Positions 41,872 through 51,724 are shown, counted from the stretch's first letter. The stretch is DNA of 64,000 bases from an uncultured Chthonomonadaceae bacterium (GCA_963817895.1 CAWFQB010000001.1:832001-896000), one strand, 5' to 3'. Numbers and translations: made by a program. Notes: a model not told the origin generated them from the sequence alone.

Positions 41872-42842
41872 CCGCCACGCCACCGCTTGCTATCCCGGCC
41901 CGCCTGCGCTTTCCCGGCCTGTCCAGTTCGGCCTTTGAGCATCCGGGCGACCGCGCCGCGCTGGAATCCCTGCGCCGCACACCCGGACTGGATCGCCTGA
42001 TAAAATCGCTGTCCGACATCGGCATCGAGCGTCTGGTCCGGCTGCAATACGCCGGGGACGCCATTCGCATCTCGCCGCGTCAGTGTTCGCGCCTGTACAA
42101 CGACCTGCGCGAAGCCTGCGCCATTCTGGACGTGCCGGAACCGGAATTCTATCTCAGCCAGAACCCGCAGCCCGGCGCAATCGCCTTCGGGATGCAGCGC
42201 CATACCATTGTGATGACCTCGGCAATGGTGGATATGCTCAATGAAGAGGAGCGATTACAGGCTATAGGACGCGAATTGGGACACATCAAAGCGGAACATA
42301 TGCTGTACCGCACGATGGCCCGCGTGATCGCCGATTCCCTGACGGAACTGACCCGCTTCACGCCGTTTCCCACTGCCGCGCTGTCGCAGGGCTTGCTGTA
42401 CGCCTTCTTCGCGTGGTTCCGCAAGTCGGAATTGACGGCAGACCGGGCCGGCGTCCTGACCGTTCAGGACCCCAATGTCAGCATCTCCGCGCTGCTCAAA
42501 CTCATCAGCGGTTCACAGAAAATGGCGGACGATCTGGACATCGAGGAGTTCACCAAACAGGCGGATTTGTTCGAGGATTTGGACGAAGACCTGCTCAGTA
42601 CCTACTATAAGTTCCGCCTGATCGCCACGCAGCCGTTTCCATTCCCCGCGTCGCGCGCCCGCGAAATGCGCGACTGGTCGCAATCCGAGCAGTACAAGAA
42701 ACTGCTGCGCGGCGACTATCCGCGCACGGACGTACTGGCCGGACGGCGAACCTGCGCCAAATGCAGCACAGTCGTAGACAACATCACCTTCCGCTTCTGC
42801 CCGGAATGTGGCGCGCCGCTCGGCCCGGTCACACCAGTATAA
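41868..42842 (+). CDS. M48-family peptidase homologue with C-terminal zinc ribbon; degenerate HExxH
   Basis: FEHP.DR.AL, RELGHIK, W.RKSELTADRAG, CAKC...FCPECG. Confidence 0.85.
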   Translation: MTATPPLAIPARLRFPGLSSSAFEHPGDRAALESLRRTPGLDRLIKSLSDIGIERLVRLQYAGDAIRISPRQCSRLYNDLREACAILDVPEPEFYLSQNPQPGAIAFGMQRHTIVMTSAMVDMLNEEERLQAIGRELGHIKAEHMLYRTMARVIADSLTELTRFTPFPTAALSQGLLYAFFAWFRKSELTADRAGVLTVQDPNVSISALLKLISGSQKMADDLDIEEFTKQADLFEDLDEDLLSTYYKFRLIATQPFPFPASRAREMRDWSQSEQYKKLLRGDYPRTDVLAGRRTCAKCSTVVDNITFRFCPECGAPLGPVTPV

Positions 42843-42914
42843 AATTAACCACCCGCTGCGCTAGAGACACAGAGCCACAGAGGAAAAGCTAATACGAGAG
42901 AAGAGGAGAAATTG

Positions 42915-43032
42915 AACCGCAAAGGGGCAAAGGGGCGCAAAGAAGAACCATAAGAACAGAAGAGTTTACGACAGGTTCAGTTATGCTCTAGTTGCTCCCT
43001 TCTCTTTGCGCCCCTTTGCCCCTTTGCGGTTC
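42915..43032. repeat. Inverted 9-mer array (GCAAAGGGG)n
   Basis: AACCGCAAAGGGGCAAAGGGGCGCAAAGA ... TCTTTGCGCCCCTTTGCCCCTTTGCGGTT. Confidence 0.85.
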
Positions 43033-43075
43033 GTTATTCCGTTGCTTCTTTTCTGTGTAAGGCGAGTGGTTAGTC

Positions 43076-43109
43076 AAAAAAAGTCCCGGCTTCGTCATTG
43101 AAGCCGGGA
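43076..43109 (-). terminator. Rho-independent terminator
   Basis: Minus strand TCCCGGCTTC-AATGAC-GAAGCCGGGA-C-TTTTTTT. Confidence 0.8.
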
Positions 43110-43178
43110 TTGACCACAAGTAGCCGAAACGACTTGAGGGCAAATTTAAATTAAGGACGAGAAAGAAGGATACCTTCC
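43076..43178 (-). ncRNA. Candidate ~100-nt small RNA
   Basis: Bounded by a near-consensus promoter and an intrinsic terminator; no ORF; CU-rich tract and UUCG-loop hairpin. Confidence 0.55.
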
Positions 43179-43183
43179 CTCAG

Positions 43184-43212
43184 AGTGTATCACATTCTAC
43201 ATTCTGTGTCAA
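43184..43212 (-). promoter_or_regulatory. Sigma70 promoter
   Basis: Minus strand TTGACA, 17 bp, TACACT with extended -10 TG. Confidence 0.7.
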
Positions 43213-43429
43213 TGGCAAATGCTCAAAATTGCGTATATTTGCGGACAAATCTCTGCAATTTGGATTAAAATATCTCTTTGTTAAGACATAGGAGTATATC
43301 GGTAGTAAATGGCAGACGCGCGAATACCTGATTTTCCAACCACGTATGCCAGAACATGCGATAATTGCGATTAACCTGCAAAAAAACCGCGTTTTTAATT
43401 GTATGCTTGCCCTGTCTATGGCTTGCATC

Positions 43430-43438
43430 TGCTATAAT
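43430..43438 (+). promoter_or_regulatory. Extended -10 promoter of the regulator gene
   Basis: TGcTATAAT about 50 nt before ATG 43489. Confidence 0.5.
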
Positions 43439-43488
43439 ATTCCGATGTACAAACTCCGCTCCGTTGGTTCTGAAAGGAATATAGCCAG

Positions 43489-44787
43489 ATGACGACAACA
43501 GGGGACAAGCGGCGCGGGCGAAGGCCTGCTCTGGATCCAACCGATAGAAGACGCCTTGCAGCGCGCATTGCGAAAATGGTGCTGGTGGATCGGCTCGAAC
43601 AAAAAGAAATTTTGCAACAATTAACCAGGACGGAGCCAGGGCTGTCGCATATTGATGCCAGTACAGTTTCGCGCCTGTACCGATTCGCGCTGGATACCGG
43701 AATCGTGCGCGTCCATATTGACGAAAATGCGCCCTTCAAGCCGCCGCGCTTGGAACATCTGGAGCGCGAACTGGTGGCCGCGTATGAATTGCAGTCCGCT
43801 ATTGTCGCGGATACCAGCGGACACGAGGAGACGCTGGAAAGCAGTCTCGCCGACGACCGCCTGCATCAGGCGTTGGGTCAACTCTGCGCCGATTATCTGG
43901 ACACGATTGTTCGGCAGAATGAGATTGTCGCCCTGTCTTCGGGGCGGGCCGTGTTTTACGCCTGTGAAAGCCTGTTCAACAAGCACATTTTCGACAAGCG
44001 CAACGTGCGCGGCGTGAAAGTGGTTTCGATGAACGGCAATATCGCGGCGGAAGTGTGGAGCATGGAAAGCCCTGACGCTCGCCGCGCAATGGACGCCGAC
44101 ATCAGCGGCGCGTGGCTGGCCCGCGCGTTTCCCGACGCGCAGCTTATTCGACTCAGTTTGCCGGTTGCCGTAAAGTCACCGGAAATGGTGCATGACTGGC
44201 TGGACGAGGGGCCGGGACGCTGGATTTCGCCGCAGGTGTGGCAGGAAAAGTCCAGTCAGAACATCTCTTCCAATGGCGCGACCATTGAGAATGACGAAGT
44301 ATTTGTTCCCACGCTGGCTCTTGTCGGCATCGGCGGCGTCCGTCCCAAGTCGGGACACCGCTTTATTGTCGGCCTGCATGAGCCAATGCTGGGCAACCTA
44401 CAGCCGGAACTGGGCAAGATGATTGATCTGGTGGAAAAACATTCCAGCAATGGCAAGCAGGGTGTCGGCTGTATCATCGGCGACCTGTGCAACCGCCTGT
44501 TCATCACGCTTGCCGCCCGCAAACAGCTTCCCGCCAATGTCCTGACCGAATTGGAAGGTTACGTCAAGGCCATTGACGAACGGCTGCTTTCCGTCACCTT
44601 CGAGCAGTTGTACCACGTCCCCAAAGTGGTGGTAGTGGCCGGCGGCGCGACCAAGATTGACGCCATCCGTTCGGTTTTGGAGTGGCAGGCAATGGGCTGG
44701 AAACAGCCGATTGTACATGACCTTTGCACCGACCGTGAAACCGCCATGCGCCTCCTCGAATCCAAGCGCAGCCCCCGCCGCGCCTAA
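43489..44787 (+). CDS. SorC/DeoR/LsrR-family sugar-binding transcriptional regulator
   Basis: HTH STVSRL...A.D.GIV.V.I, LE.EL...Y.L, ALVGIG, IGDLC, VAGG..K..AI, L.TD..TA..L. Confidence 0.85.
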   Translation: MTTTGDKRRGRRPALDPTDRRRLAARIAKMVLVDRLEQKEILQQLTRTEPGLSHIDASTVSRLYRFALDTGIVRVHIDENAPFKPPRLEHLERELVAAYELQSAIVADTSGHEETLESSLADDRLHQALGQLCADYLDTIVRQNEIVALSSGRAVFYACESLFNKHIFDKRNVRGVKVVSMNGNIAAEVWSMESPDARRAMDADISGAWLARAFPDAQLIRLSLPVAVKSPEMVHDWLDEGPGRWISPQVWQEKSSQNISSNGATIENDEVFVPTLALVGIGGVRPKSGHRFIVGLHEPMLGNLQPELGKMIDLVEKHSSNGKQGVGCIIGDLCNRLFITLAARKQLPANVLTELEGYVKAIDERLLSVTFEQLYHVPKVVVVAGGATKIDAIRSVLEWQAMGWKQPIVHDLCTDRETAMRLLESKRSPRRA

Positions 44788-44878
44788 AAGCATTCAGCAA
44801 ATTGAATACCGCGAACAGCGCCCCTTTTCAGCCGAAGAGCGGGCGCGTTTCGTATTCAGGGTACTCGCGCTGCCAGAA

Positions 44879-45001
44879 GTGCCGGGGATTGAAAATCCCC
44901 GGCACGACAAAGCAGGCGTCTTTCAGACGCAACCCTCTATCAAGATTCCCGCGTCCGCAGGACGCTTGCACTTTCCTGCCGGGTGTTTTCAACTCCCGGC
45001 A
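44879..45001. repeat. REPIN/MITE-like double-hairpin element, copy 1
   Basis: GCCGGGGATTGAAAATCCCCGGC, GCGTCTTTCAGACGC ... GCGTCCGCAGGACGC, GCCGGGTGTTTTCAACTCCCGGC. Confidence 0.7.
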
Positions 45002-45085
45002 TGTCGCAGCAGGAAACATCTGCCTACATCCCGAATATCAGCGGCAGACAGCACACCTACTTTAAGCATGATTGGAGAAGCAAAC

Positions 45086-46318
45086 ATGGAAGGTCATATT
45101 CTGCTTCATTCGTTGAAACTGCAAAATATCCTCTCCTATGGCAATGAAGGCATTGACATTGAACTTCAACCTCTGAATGTTCTTGTCGGTCCCAACGGTT
45201 CCGGCAAGTCTAACCTGATTGAAGCCCTGCGACTTCTACACGCATCTACATCGGATATAACACAGCCGATTGTACACGGAGGCGGCATCAACGAGTGGCT
45301 CTGGAAAGGGGAGTTTCGAGAGTACCAGCGTCCTAATGCCTTAATCCAATCAACCTTGAACGACATATACGATATTTTTAACGAGGACTTCTTGCTCCAC
45401 AACATAAACTTCAACATTAACTCCAACCGAATGCACATTATGTCGGAGGAAATATCGGATGTCCGCGAAGATGGACGTGCAGTAACTATGTACGGTAACA
45501 TAAATAGAATAATTCATATTAATACGTATGGCTACATAAGTGATGATGCTACAGGTGAAAAAGTGAGTAAGTGGACGAATGTTCAACTTGATGCGGCTAA
45601 ACTTAAAAGCGACCAATCTATTTTGGCTCAACGCAACGATCCTGATGCTTACCCATCGCTTGCATCATTACAGTACGCGTATCAAGAATTTCGTTTCTAC
45701 ACAGATGCGCCTTTTGGACGTGGTTCCGCGCCGCGCCAACCACAAAGCGCGGATGCGGACGCCTCGTTTCTTGCCGAGGATTACAGTAATCTGGCTCTGG
45801 TTTTGAACGAGATGCAGCTTAACGTTGGCGCGTTTCGACGGCTGCTTGAAAATCTGAAGTTGTTTTATGAGCGCGTCGAGAACATTGTGCCGCGCGTCAG
45901 TTACGGAACCGTGCAGTTGTACTTTCAGGAGCGGGGATTGCAGCAGCTTGTTCCAGCAACACGATTGTCGGACGGCACGTTGCGCTATTTGTGCCTGCTG
46001 GCGATTTTGTGTCATCCGTCGCCACCGTCTCTTATCTGTATTGAGGAGCCGGAATTGGGCATGCACCCCGATATTCTGCCCACGCTTGCCAAACTGCTGA
46101 TTGAGGCGTCGCAGCGTACCCAACTGATTATTACAACCCACTCCGATATTCTACTGTCGGCATTTTCGGATATTCCCGAAGCCGTGATTGTCTGTGAGCA
46201 TGATAATAACGGCACGTCGCTGAAACGGCTCAACAAGGAAGACCTGCAAATCTGGCTGAAAGATTTCGCGCTTGGGGAAGCGTGGCTCAAAGGCGCATTT
46301 GGAGGAACGCGATGGTAA
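45086..46318 (+). CDS. ABC-type ATPase (AAA_21/AAA_15-like)
   Basis: VGPNGSGKSN, LSDGT, ICIEEPE.GMHP, IITTHS. Confidence 0.9.
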   Translation: MEGHILLHSLKLQNILSYGNEGIDIELQPLNVLVGPNGSGKSNLIEALRLLHASTSDITQPIVHGGGINEWLWKGEFREYQRPNALIQSTLNDIYDIFNEDFLLHNINFNINSNRMHIMSEEISDVREDGRAVTMYGNINRIIHINTYGYISDDATGEKVSKWTNVQLDAAKLKSDQSILAQRNDPDAYPSLASLQYAYQEFRFYTDAPFGRGSAPRQPQSADADASFLAEDYSNLALVLNEMQLNVGAFRRLLENLKLFYERVENIVPRVSYGTVQLYFQERGLQQLVPATRLSDGTLRYLCLLAILCHPSPPSLICIEEPELGMHPDILPTLAKLLIEASQRTQLIITTHSDILLSAFSDIPEAVIVCEHDNNGTSLKRLNKEDLQIWLKDFALGEAWLKGAFGGTRW

Positions 46319-46941
46319 AGCAGATCGTGTTCTATATCGAAGGCGGGCGCGGCACGAAATACGACATTGAATTCCGGCAGGCGTTCCACACGTTCTTTGC
46401 GGAGATTGAAACGCTTGCGAAGCAGAAAGGCATTGGGTTGCGCCCCCGTCTTGTGGGTTCTCGCCGCAGCGCGTATGAACTGTTTTGCTACGAACTCAGC
46501 AAAAAATCCGATGCCCTGCACATTTTGCTTGTAGATTCAGAAGCGCCAGTTGCGGAATTCGGCAAGGTTTGGAAGCATTTGAAAGAGCGTTCCGGTGACG
46601 AGTGGAACTGTCCGCCGGGAGCGGGGGACGAACACTGTCACCTGATGGTGGAAGCGATGGAAGCGTGGTTCTTTGCCGACCCGGACGCGCTTGCAGGCTA
46701 CTACGGTCAGAAGTTCAACGCCAATGCGTTGCCCAAACGCCAGAATGTCGAGGACATCCCCAAAAGCGAACACATTTCCAGTTTGGAAGCGGCGACAAAG
46801 CCGACGCAAAAAGGGCGTTATGACAAGTTCGGTCACGCGCCCGAAATCCTCATGCAGCTTGATGTAGGCAAAGTACGCCAACGCGCTCCGCACTGTGAAC
46901 GTATCTTTACAACTCTTACCGCCCTCATTGCCGCTTTGTAA
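46312..46941 (+). CDS. DUF4276-like (TOPRIM-like) protein
   Basis: FYIEGGRG, LLVDSE, MVEAMEAWFFADP, Y.K..H; start overlaps ATPase stop. Confidence 0.75.
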   Translation: MVKQIVFYIEGGRGTKYDIEFRQAFHTFFAEIETLAKQKGIGLRPRLVGSRRSAYELFCYELSKKSDALHILLVDSEAPVAEFGKVWKHLKERSGDEWNCPPGAGDEHCHLMVEAMEAWFFADPDALAGYYGQKFNANALPKRQNVEDIPKSEHISSLEAATKPTQKGRYDKFGHAPEILMQLDVGKVRQRAPHCERIFTTLTALIAAL

Positions 46942-47183
46942 CGGCCCCTGAATCTTGTTTGCAAATCCTCCCTGCACAGCCGGAACCCTACTCTCTTCTA
47001 CAATTTTATAATGTCGGTCAGCAATTAAGAGCAACGCTTCTCGTAGCGCTTCTTAAACGGCTTATTATGTCATGGCTAAAGCAGTATATTGTCGCGCCTG
47101 TGGCGAATAGACTTCCTGAGATGATCTTTATGTTGACAGCCACACTCCTGACGGCTTGTTGCAGGGGTGACAGAGGAGAACTG

Positions 47184-48305
47184 ATGAGCGGAGAAAAGAA
47201 CGAAATGACACGGCGGGAACTGGTAGGCGCGGCGGGGTTGGGACTGGCGGCGACAGCGCTGGCGTTGCCCGAACTGGCTTTGGGGCAGGACACAAGTAAG
47301 CCTGTCGGCGTTGCTCTGGTGGGCGGGGCGCACATCCACACGCCGCAATATGTCCGCGCCCTGAAAACGCGCAAAAACGTTACGGTCAAATACGCCTGGG
47401 ACCATGACCCGGCGCGGGCGCAAAAGCGGGCGCAGGAGTTGGGCTGCAAAACTGCCGCCGACCTCAAAGACATCTGGAACGACCCCGATATTGCCGCCGT
47501 CGTGATTTGCTCGGAAACCACCCGCCACCACGATCTTGTCATGGCGGCAGTGCAGGCGAAAAAACACATGTTCGTGGAAAAGCCGATGGGCATCACGGCC
47601 AAAGAGAGTTTCGCGATGGCTGAAGCCATTGAACGCGCCAACTTGCTGTTTACGACAGGCTATTTCATGCGGACGGCCCGCGAACATCTATTTCTCAAAG
47701 AGCAGGTGGAAAAAGGCAGTTTCGGCAAAATTACGCGGGTTCGGGGTTCCAACTGCCACAACGGGGCATTGGGCGGCTGGTTCGATGGCGAGTACCGCTG
47801 GATGGCCGATCCCAAAATCGCGGGCGTGGGCGCATTCGGCGATCTTGGCACTCACGCGCTCGACATTCTGATGTGGATGCTCGGCCCAATCGCAAGCGTG
47901 ACAGCCGACATCAAGGGCGTTATCAATCGCTATCCCGGCTGTGACGAGAGCGGCGAAGCCCTGCTCAAATTCCAGAGCGGCGTAACGGGAACGCTTGCGG
48001 CGGGCTGGGTGGATACGGAAAATCCGGTCACATTCGAGATCAGCGGCACTGAAGGCCATGCCGTGATTTCGCAGGGATTGGTGTACTTCCAGAGCGGCAA
48101 AGTCGCCAAAGCGGACGGACGCGAACCCTGGGGCGATTTGCCGCATGGGATGCCCCCGCCCATCACGCAGTTCCTCGACGCGCTGGAGGGCAAGCCGCAT
48201 GAGCATCTGGTGAAGCCCATGGAAGCCGCCATGCGCGTGGCCGTCATGGAGGCCGCGTACAGGGGCGCGAAGACGCAAACATGGGCCAAAGTGACGCAAG
48301 GTTAG
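47184..48305 (+). CDS. Gfo/Idh/MocA oxidoreductase with Tat signal
   Basis: TRRELV signal; VEKPM; GAFGDLGTH. Confidence 0.88.
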   Translation: MSGEKNEMTRRELVGAAGLGLAATALALPELALGQDTSKPVGVALVGGAHIHTPQYVRALKTRKNVTVKYAWDHDPARAQKRAQELGCKTAADLKDIWNDPDIAAVVICSETTRHHDLVMAAVQAKKHMFVEKPMGITAKESFAMAEAIERANLLFTTGYFMRTAREHLFLKEQVEKGSFGKITRVRGSNCHNGALGGWFDGEYRWMADPKIAGVGAFGDLGTHALDILMWMLGPIASVTADIKGVINRYPGCDESGEALLKFQSGVTGTLAAGWVDTENPVTFEISGTEGHAVISQGLVYFQSGKVAKADGREPWGDLPHGMPPPITQFLDALEGKPHEHLVKPMEAAMRVAVMEAAYRGAKTQTWAKVTQG

Positions 48306-48419
48306 CATTGCATTAAGGCGAACGTTGAGGTACACGCGTTGCTTGCTGCGCCTTGTTATCTGAGGGTTCCGCTTGGGGAGGGTTCACCAAGCGGAACCCC
48401 GGCAATGTATCCCTGCCTT

Positions 48420-48980
48420 CTATTCAAGCATGTATCGCCTCCGACCATCTGCTGACAAGTCAATCTCAGCCAGACGCAGCACGTCGGCAATGTTTTGCGG
48501 TAGGTTGTGGCGGTCATAATAGCGAGTGGTCCAGCCGCTGTCCGCGCGGCGGCTGACAATCAGCAGACGGTCACAGGTAACATCATATGGGCCGGATATC
48601 CCCGGCGGCAGGGAAGTCAACTGCTGCATGGCGCAAAAGGCATCGGAATTTTCCCGCTCTCCTGTGCTTCCCTGCGTGGCATAACTATACAAAACGCGAA
48701 AATGGTCTGCGCTACCGTTGTCATAAGCCTTGTAGCAGTATGCCCGCTTGGGATGCCCGCCCGGAAACCATGATAAAAACAGGAATGGCTGTTTGTTGTG
48801 AAAACGCTTCAATCTGCCCGCAGTGTGCATTTGCAGAATTCCTGCAAACGCGCGGCGATTATCGAACAGATACGGGTCAACCCACGGGTAAAAAAATAAC
48901 AGCAGCAAGAACAGCAACACACAACCGCGAAACAGGAATGCCAGCGTCCGCGATACTCGTAACTGGGATAGCCTGCGCAT
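48420..48980 (-). CDS. Membrane-anchored hypothetical protein
   Basis: AGGAG RBS; hydrophobic segment VLLFLLLLFFY. Confidence 0.55.
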   Translation of the reverse strand: MRRLSQLRVSRTLAFLFRGCVLLFLLLLFFYPWVDPYLFDNRRAFAGILQMHTAGRLKRFHNKQPFLFLSWFPGGHPKRAYCYKAYDNGSADHFRVLYSYATQGSTGERENSDAFCAMQQLTSLPPGISGPYDVTCDRLLIVSRRADSGWTTRYYDRHNLPQNIADVLRLAEIDLSADGRRRYMLE

Positions 48981-49360
48981 ATCGCTCCTGCCTTTCTGCG
49001 CCCTACAGCGCCTCAACACTCATATCTGTTGCCAGTAGCCACTGCCTGCGCAATCGTCGCAGGCAATACTCCTATACGCTTCCCGGTTTTTCCGCTATTT
49101 TCCTGCCACTGTGAATATTTTATTTTCCTTTGTGCGTCGCTATTTCTTTCCTGTCAAACCTTTAGCTATGTTCCTCTGTAACAGCGCTGCACAATCGTCT
49201 TCTCACGCGCGCAGGCGTTGGCCTATCCCGCAAATGGGCCATTAAGCCGAATTGCGGCAAATCATGTATAATATAGTAGCGGAAGCCTGTCTTCTTTCGT
49301 CTTAATGTGTATAAGCGTGGCTTGAGTGACAGCCGCCGGAGAAAGCGCGGGAAACCAACG

Positions 49361-50020
49361 ATGTCCATCTTCCTGATACTGATGATTGCCGGATTGTTCG
49401 GCATGGCGCTGCTGTCCATCCCCGCGCTTGGACATCATGGGCATGGGGGCGCGGGACTGCACGGGCATGTCGGTCACGCGCTGCCGCCCGCCACTCACGC
49501 GGCTTTAGGACACGCGCCCGCAGCGGGACACGCATTGCCGTCAGGCGCGAACCATGCGGCGCACAACACGCCAGGCAAGGCCGAAAGCGCAAACAATGGC
49601 GGCAGCGCGCGGTTTATACCCACGCCGCGTATCGTGTTCAGTATCATCGCCGCATTTGGCGCGTTCGGCTATATGGGCGTGGAAGTGTTTCACTTAGCGC
49701 CGGTTCTTGCCGCCATTGTGGCCCTTGTTCCTGCCATTCTGGTGGAACGTTTGGCTTTAACGCCGCTGTGGAATCTATTGCTCGGCTTCCGGGGCGAACC
49801 CTGCACCCCGGTCACGCATCTGATTATGGCCGAAGCCGAGGCCGTAACCCCGTTTCGCAACGGGAAGGGCATCGTGCGGGTTGTCCACGACGGGCGCGAC
49901 GTGCAATTCAGCGCGCAACTGACGGGCGACCACGCCAACATGCCCGTACAGGTGGGCGACAAACTGCGCGTCGAGGAAGTAGAACCCGATGGCGAACGCG
50001 TGAAAGTTTCTGTAGGATGA
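49361..50020 (+). CDS. NfeD-like membrane protein with His/Gly-rich loop
   Basis: TM helices, C-terminal OB-fold-like AVTPF..GKG.V.V..DG...GD.L.V; upstream of an SPFH gene. Confidence 0.7.
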   Translation: MSIFLILMIAGLFGMALLSIPALGHHGHGGAGLHGHVGHALPPATHAALGHAPAAGHALPSGANHAAHNTPGKAESANNGGSARFIPTPRIVFSIIAAFGAFGYMGVEVFHLAPVLAAIVALVPAILVERLALTPLWNLLLGFRGEPCTPVTHLIMAEAEAVTPFRNGKGIVRVVHDGRDVQFSAQLTGDHANMPVQVGDKLRVEEVEPDGERVKVSVG

Positions 50021-50128
50021 TTTCACCACCAAGACGCCAAGAACACCAAGGGGTAAGAGTAGAATCAGGCTTGGATTTGGTTTTTGTTCTTTGCATTTCC
50101 TGGTGTACTTGGCGTCTTGGTGGTGAAT
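50021..50128. repeat. Inverted 9-mer array (CACCAAGAA-type)
   Basis: TTCACCACCAAGACGCCAAGAACACCAAGG ... CCTGGTGTACTTGGCGTCTTGGTGGTGAA. Confidence 0.85.
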
Positions 50129-50159
50129 ACCCCGTATTGTGAGTTTGAGGAGGTGCGCG

Positions 50160-51644
50160 ATGGCATTGGTAATTGCGTTGGGGGCGATTTTCGCCCTGTT
50201 TATATTCACGATTGCGATGGTAACGGCGTTTTTGCGCAGCGTTGCCGCAGGACAAATTCTGTTGGTGAAAGGCTGGAAAGGGAGCGGCCTGCACATTTTT
50301 CGCGGGCCGACCAAAGCGTTTGTCGTGCCGGTCTTCAACGAAGTGCGTTCGATTCCCGCGCAGGCGATCAACGTAGATATTGAGATCACCGACCAGACGG
50401 CGGATGTGGACGCGAACGGCCGGCCCGCGCCCGTCAAGGTCACGGTCAAGGCGTCCGCGATTGTCAGCGTGGGCGAAAGCGACGCGATGGTGAACACCGC
50501 CGCCAACAAGTTCTTTTCCAAGCCGCCCGGGGATCAGCTCTCCACACTGACGGACGTGCTTTCGTCGGCGGGACGCCGCGCCATCAACCTGCTCAAGCAC
50601 GATCAGCTGTTCAATGCCCGCCCCGCGTCGGCACAGGCGCCGACGGGAAGCGCGTTGATTGTGCCGCCGGTAGACGCGCTCACGGTTCGGCAGCCCGGCT
50701 CGGATTGCGCTGGTACGCGACGATGACGAACTGGCGGTGATTATCAAGGACGCCTGTTCGCGCGAACTGCTGGATCTGGGCCTGTCGTTCAACAGTCTGA
50801 ACATCAAGGCGGTTTTGAGCGAAGTGGCCGAAGCGCGACGCCGCGAATCCGCCGCCCGCGCCAAAGCCAGCGCGGATGTCGTGCAGGCGCAGGAAGAGCA
50901 GCGCTCCCGCATCGCGCAACTGGAAGCGCAGCAGAAAGTCAACGATCAGGAACGTGCCCTGAACATGCAGATCGCCTCCAACGGCGCGTCCATCGCCCGC
51001 GCCGAGGCCGAAAAGCAGGCGGCGGTGCGCGAACAGCGTTCGGCGGAACTGGCCGCGAGCCAGATCACGCAGGCCCGCGCCGACGCCGAGCAGAACGTGA
51101 TTCAGCAGGAGGCGGAAGGCCGGGCGCAGGCGGCGCGCATCCGCGCCATTGCCGAAGCGGAAGCCGACGCCATCCGCATGAAGGCGCGAGGCGCTTGACG
51201 CAGGCGGGCGGGCGTACCTGGATCTGCGGCGGCTGGAAATGGCCCCGGCGCTGACCCGCGAAGTCGCCAACGCGCTTGCCAACGGCCAGTTCGTCAACTT
51301 CGGCACGATCCGGCGAAGGCGGGCACAGCGCGGCCGCCTCCGGCTCCGACGACGTGATGCGCGTGGTGCAAACCCTGATGGCCGCGCAGGTGATCACAGG
51401 CGGCAACGGCATGAACGGCAACAATAACAATAACGGCGGCAATGGCAACGGCAATGGCACGCGGCGCGAGATGCTTCCCGCGATCCCCGTAACCACTACG
51501 ATGGACATGGAACCGCCCATCGTGACGCGCCCCGCGTCGGTACACAAACCCACCGCCTGCGCGTCCGCCGCAGACGAGGAGATAGGGAACCGCAAAGTAC
51601 GCGAAACACACGAAAAGACGGACAAAAGAACAAAAAGAGCATAG
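50160..51644 (+). CDS. Flotillin-like SPFH protein (several frameshifts; true stop may be 51585)
   Basis: N-terminal TM, FVVPVF, SPFH core, AEA/EA-rich coil (AIAEAEADAIR). Confidence 0.75.
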
Positions 51645-51702
51645 ACAGGATCAATCTTGTATCCTTTGTTCTTTTTTCGTGTGTTTCGCGTATTTTGCGG
51701 TT
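51588..51702. repeat. Inverted 9-mer array (CGCGAAACA-type)
   Basis: AACCGCAAAGTACGCGAAACACACGAAAA ... TTTTCGTGTGTTTCGCGTATTTTGCGGTT. Confidence 0.8.
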
Positions 51703-51724
51703 TGAAAAGAATTTTGGTGGTTTT

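Noticed and set aside
43180..43540. Minus-strand ORFs 43180..43428 and 43265..43540 as genes ending at the terminator
   Set aside because: No RBS or recognisable motifs; they overlap promoter elements in an AT-rich regulatory gap.
44657..45085. N-terminal extension of the ABC ATPase
   Set aside because: Overlaps the regulator's 3' end and a palindromic repeat; GGAG RBS and homology start at ATG 45086.
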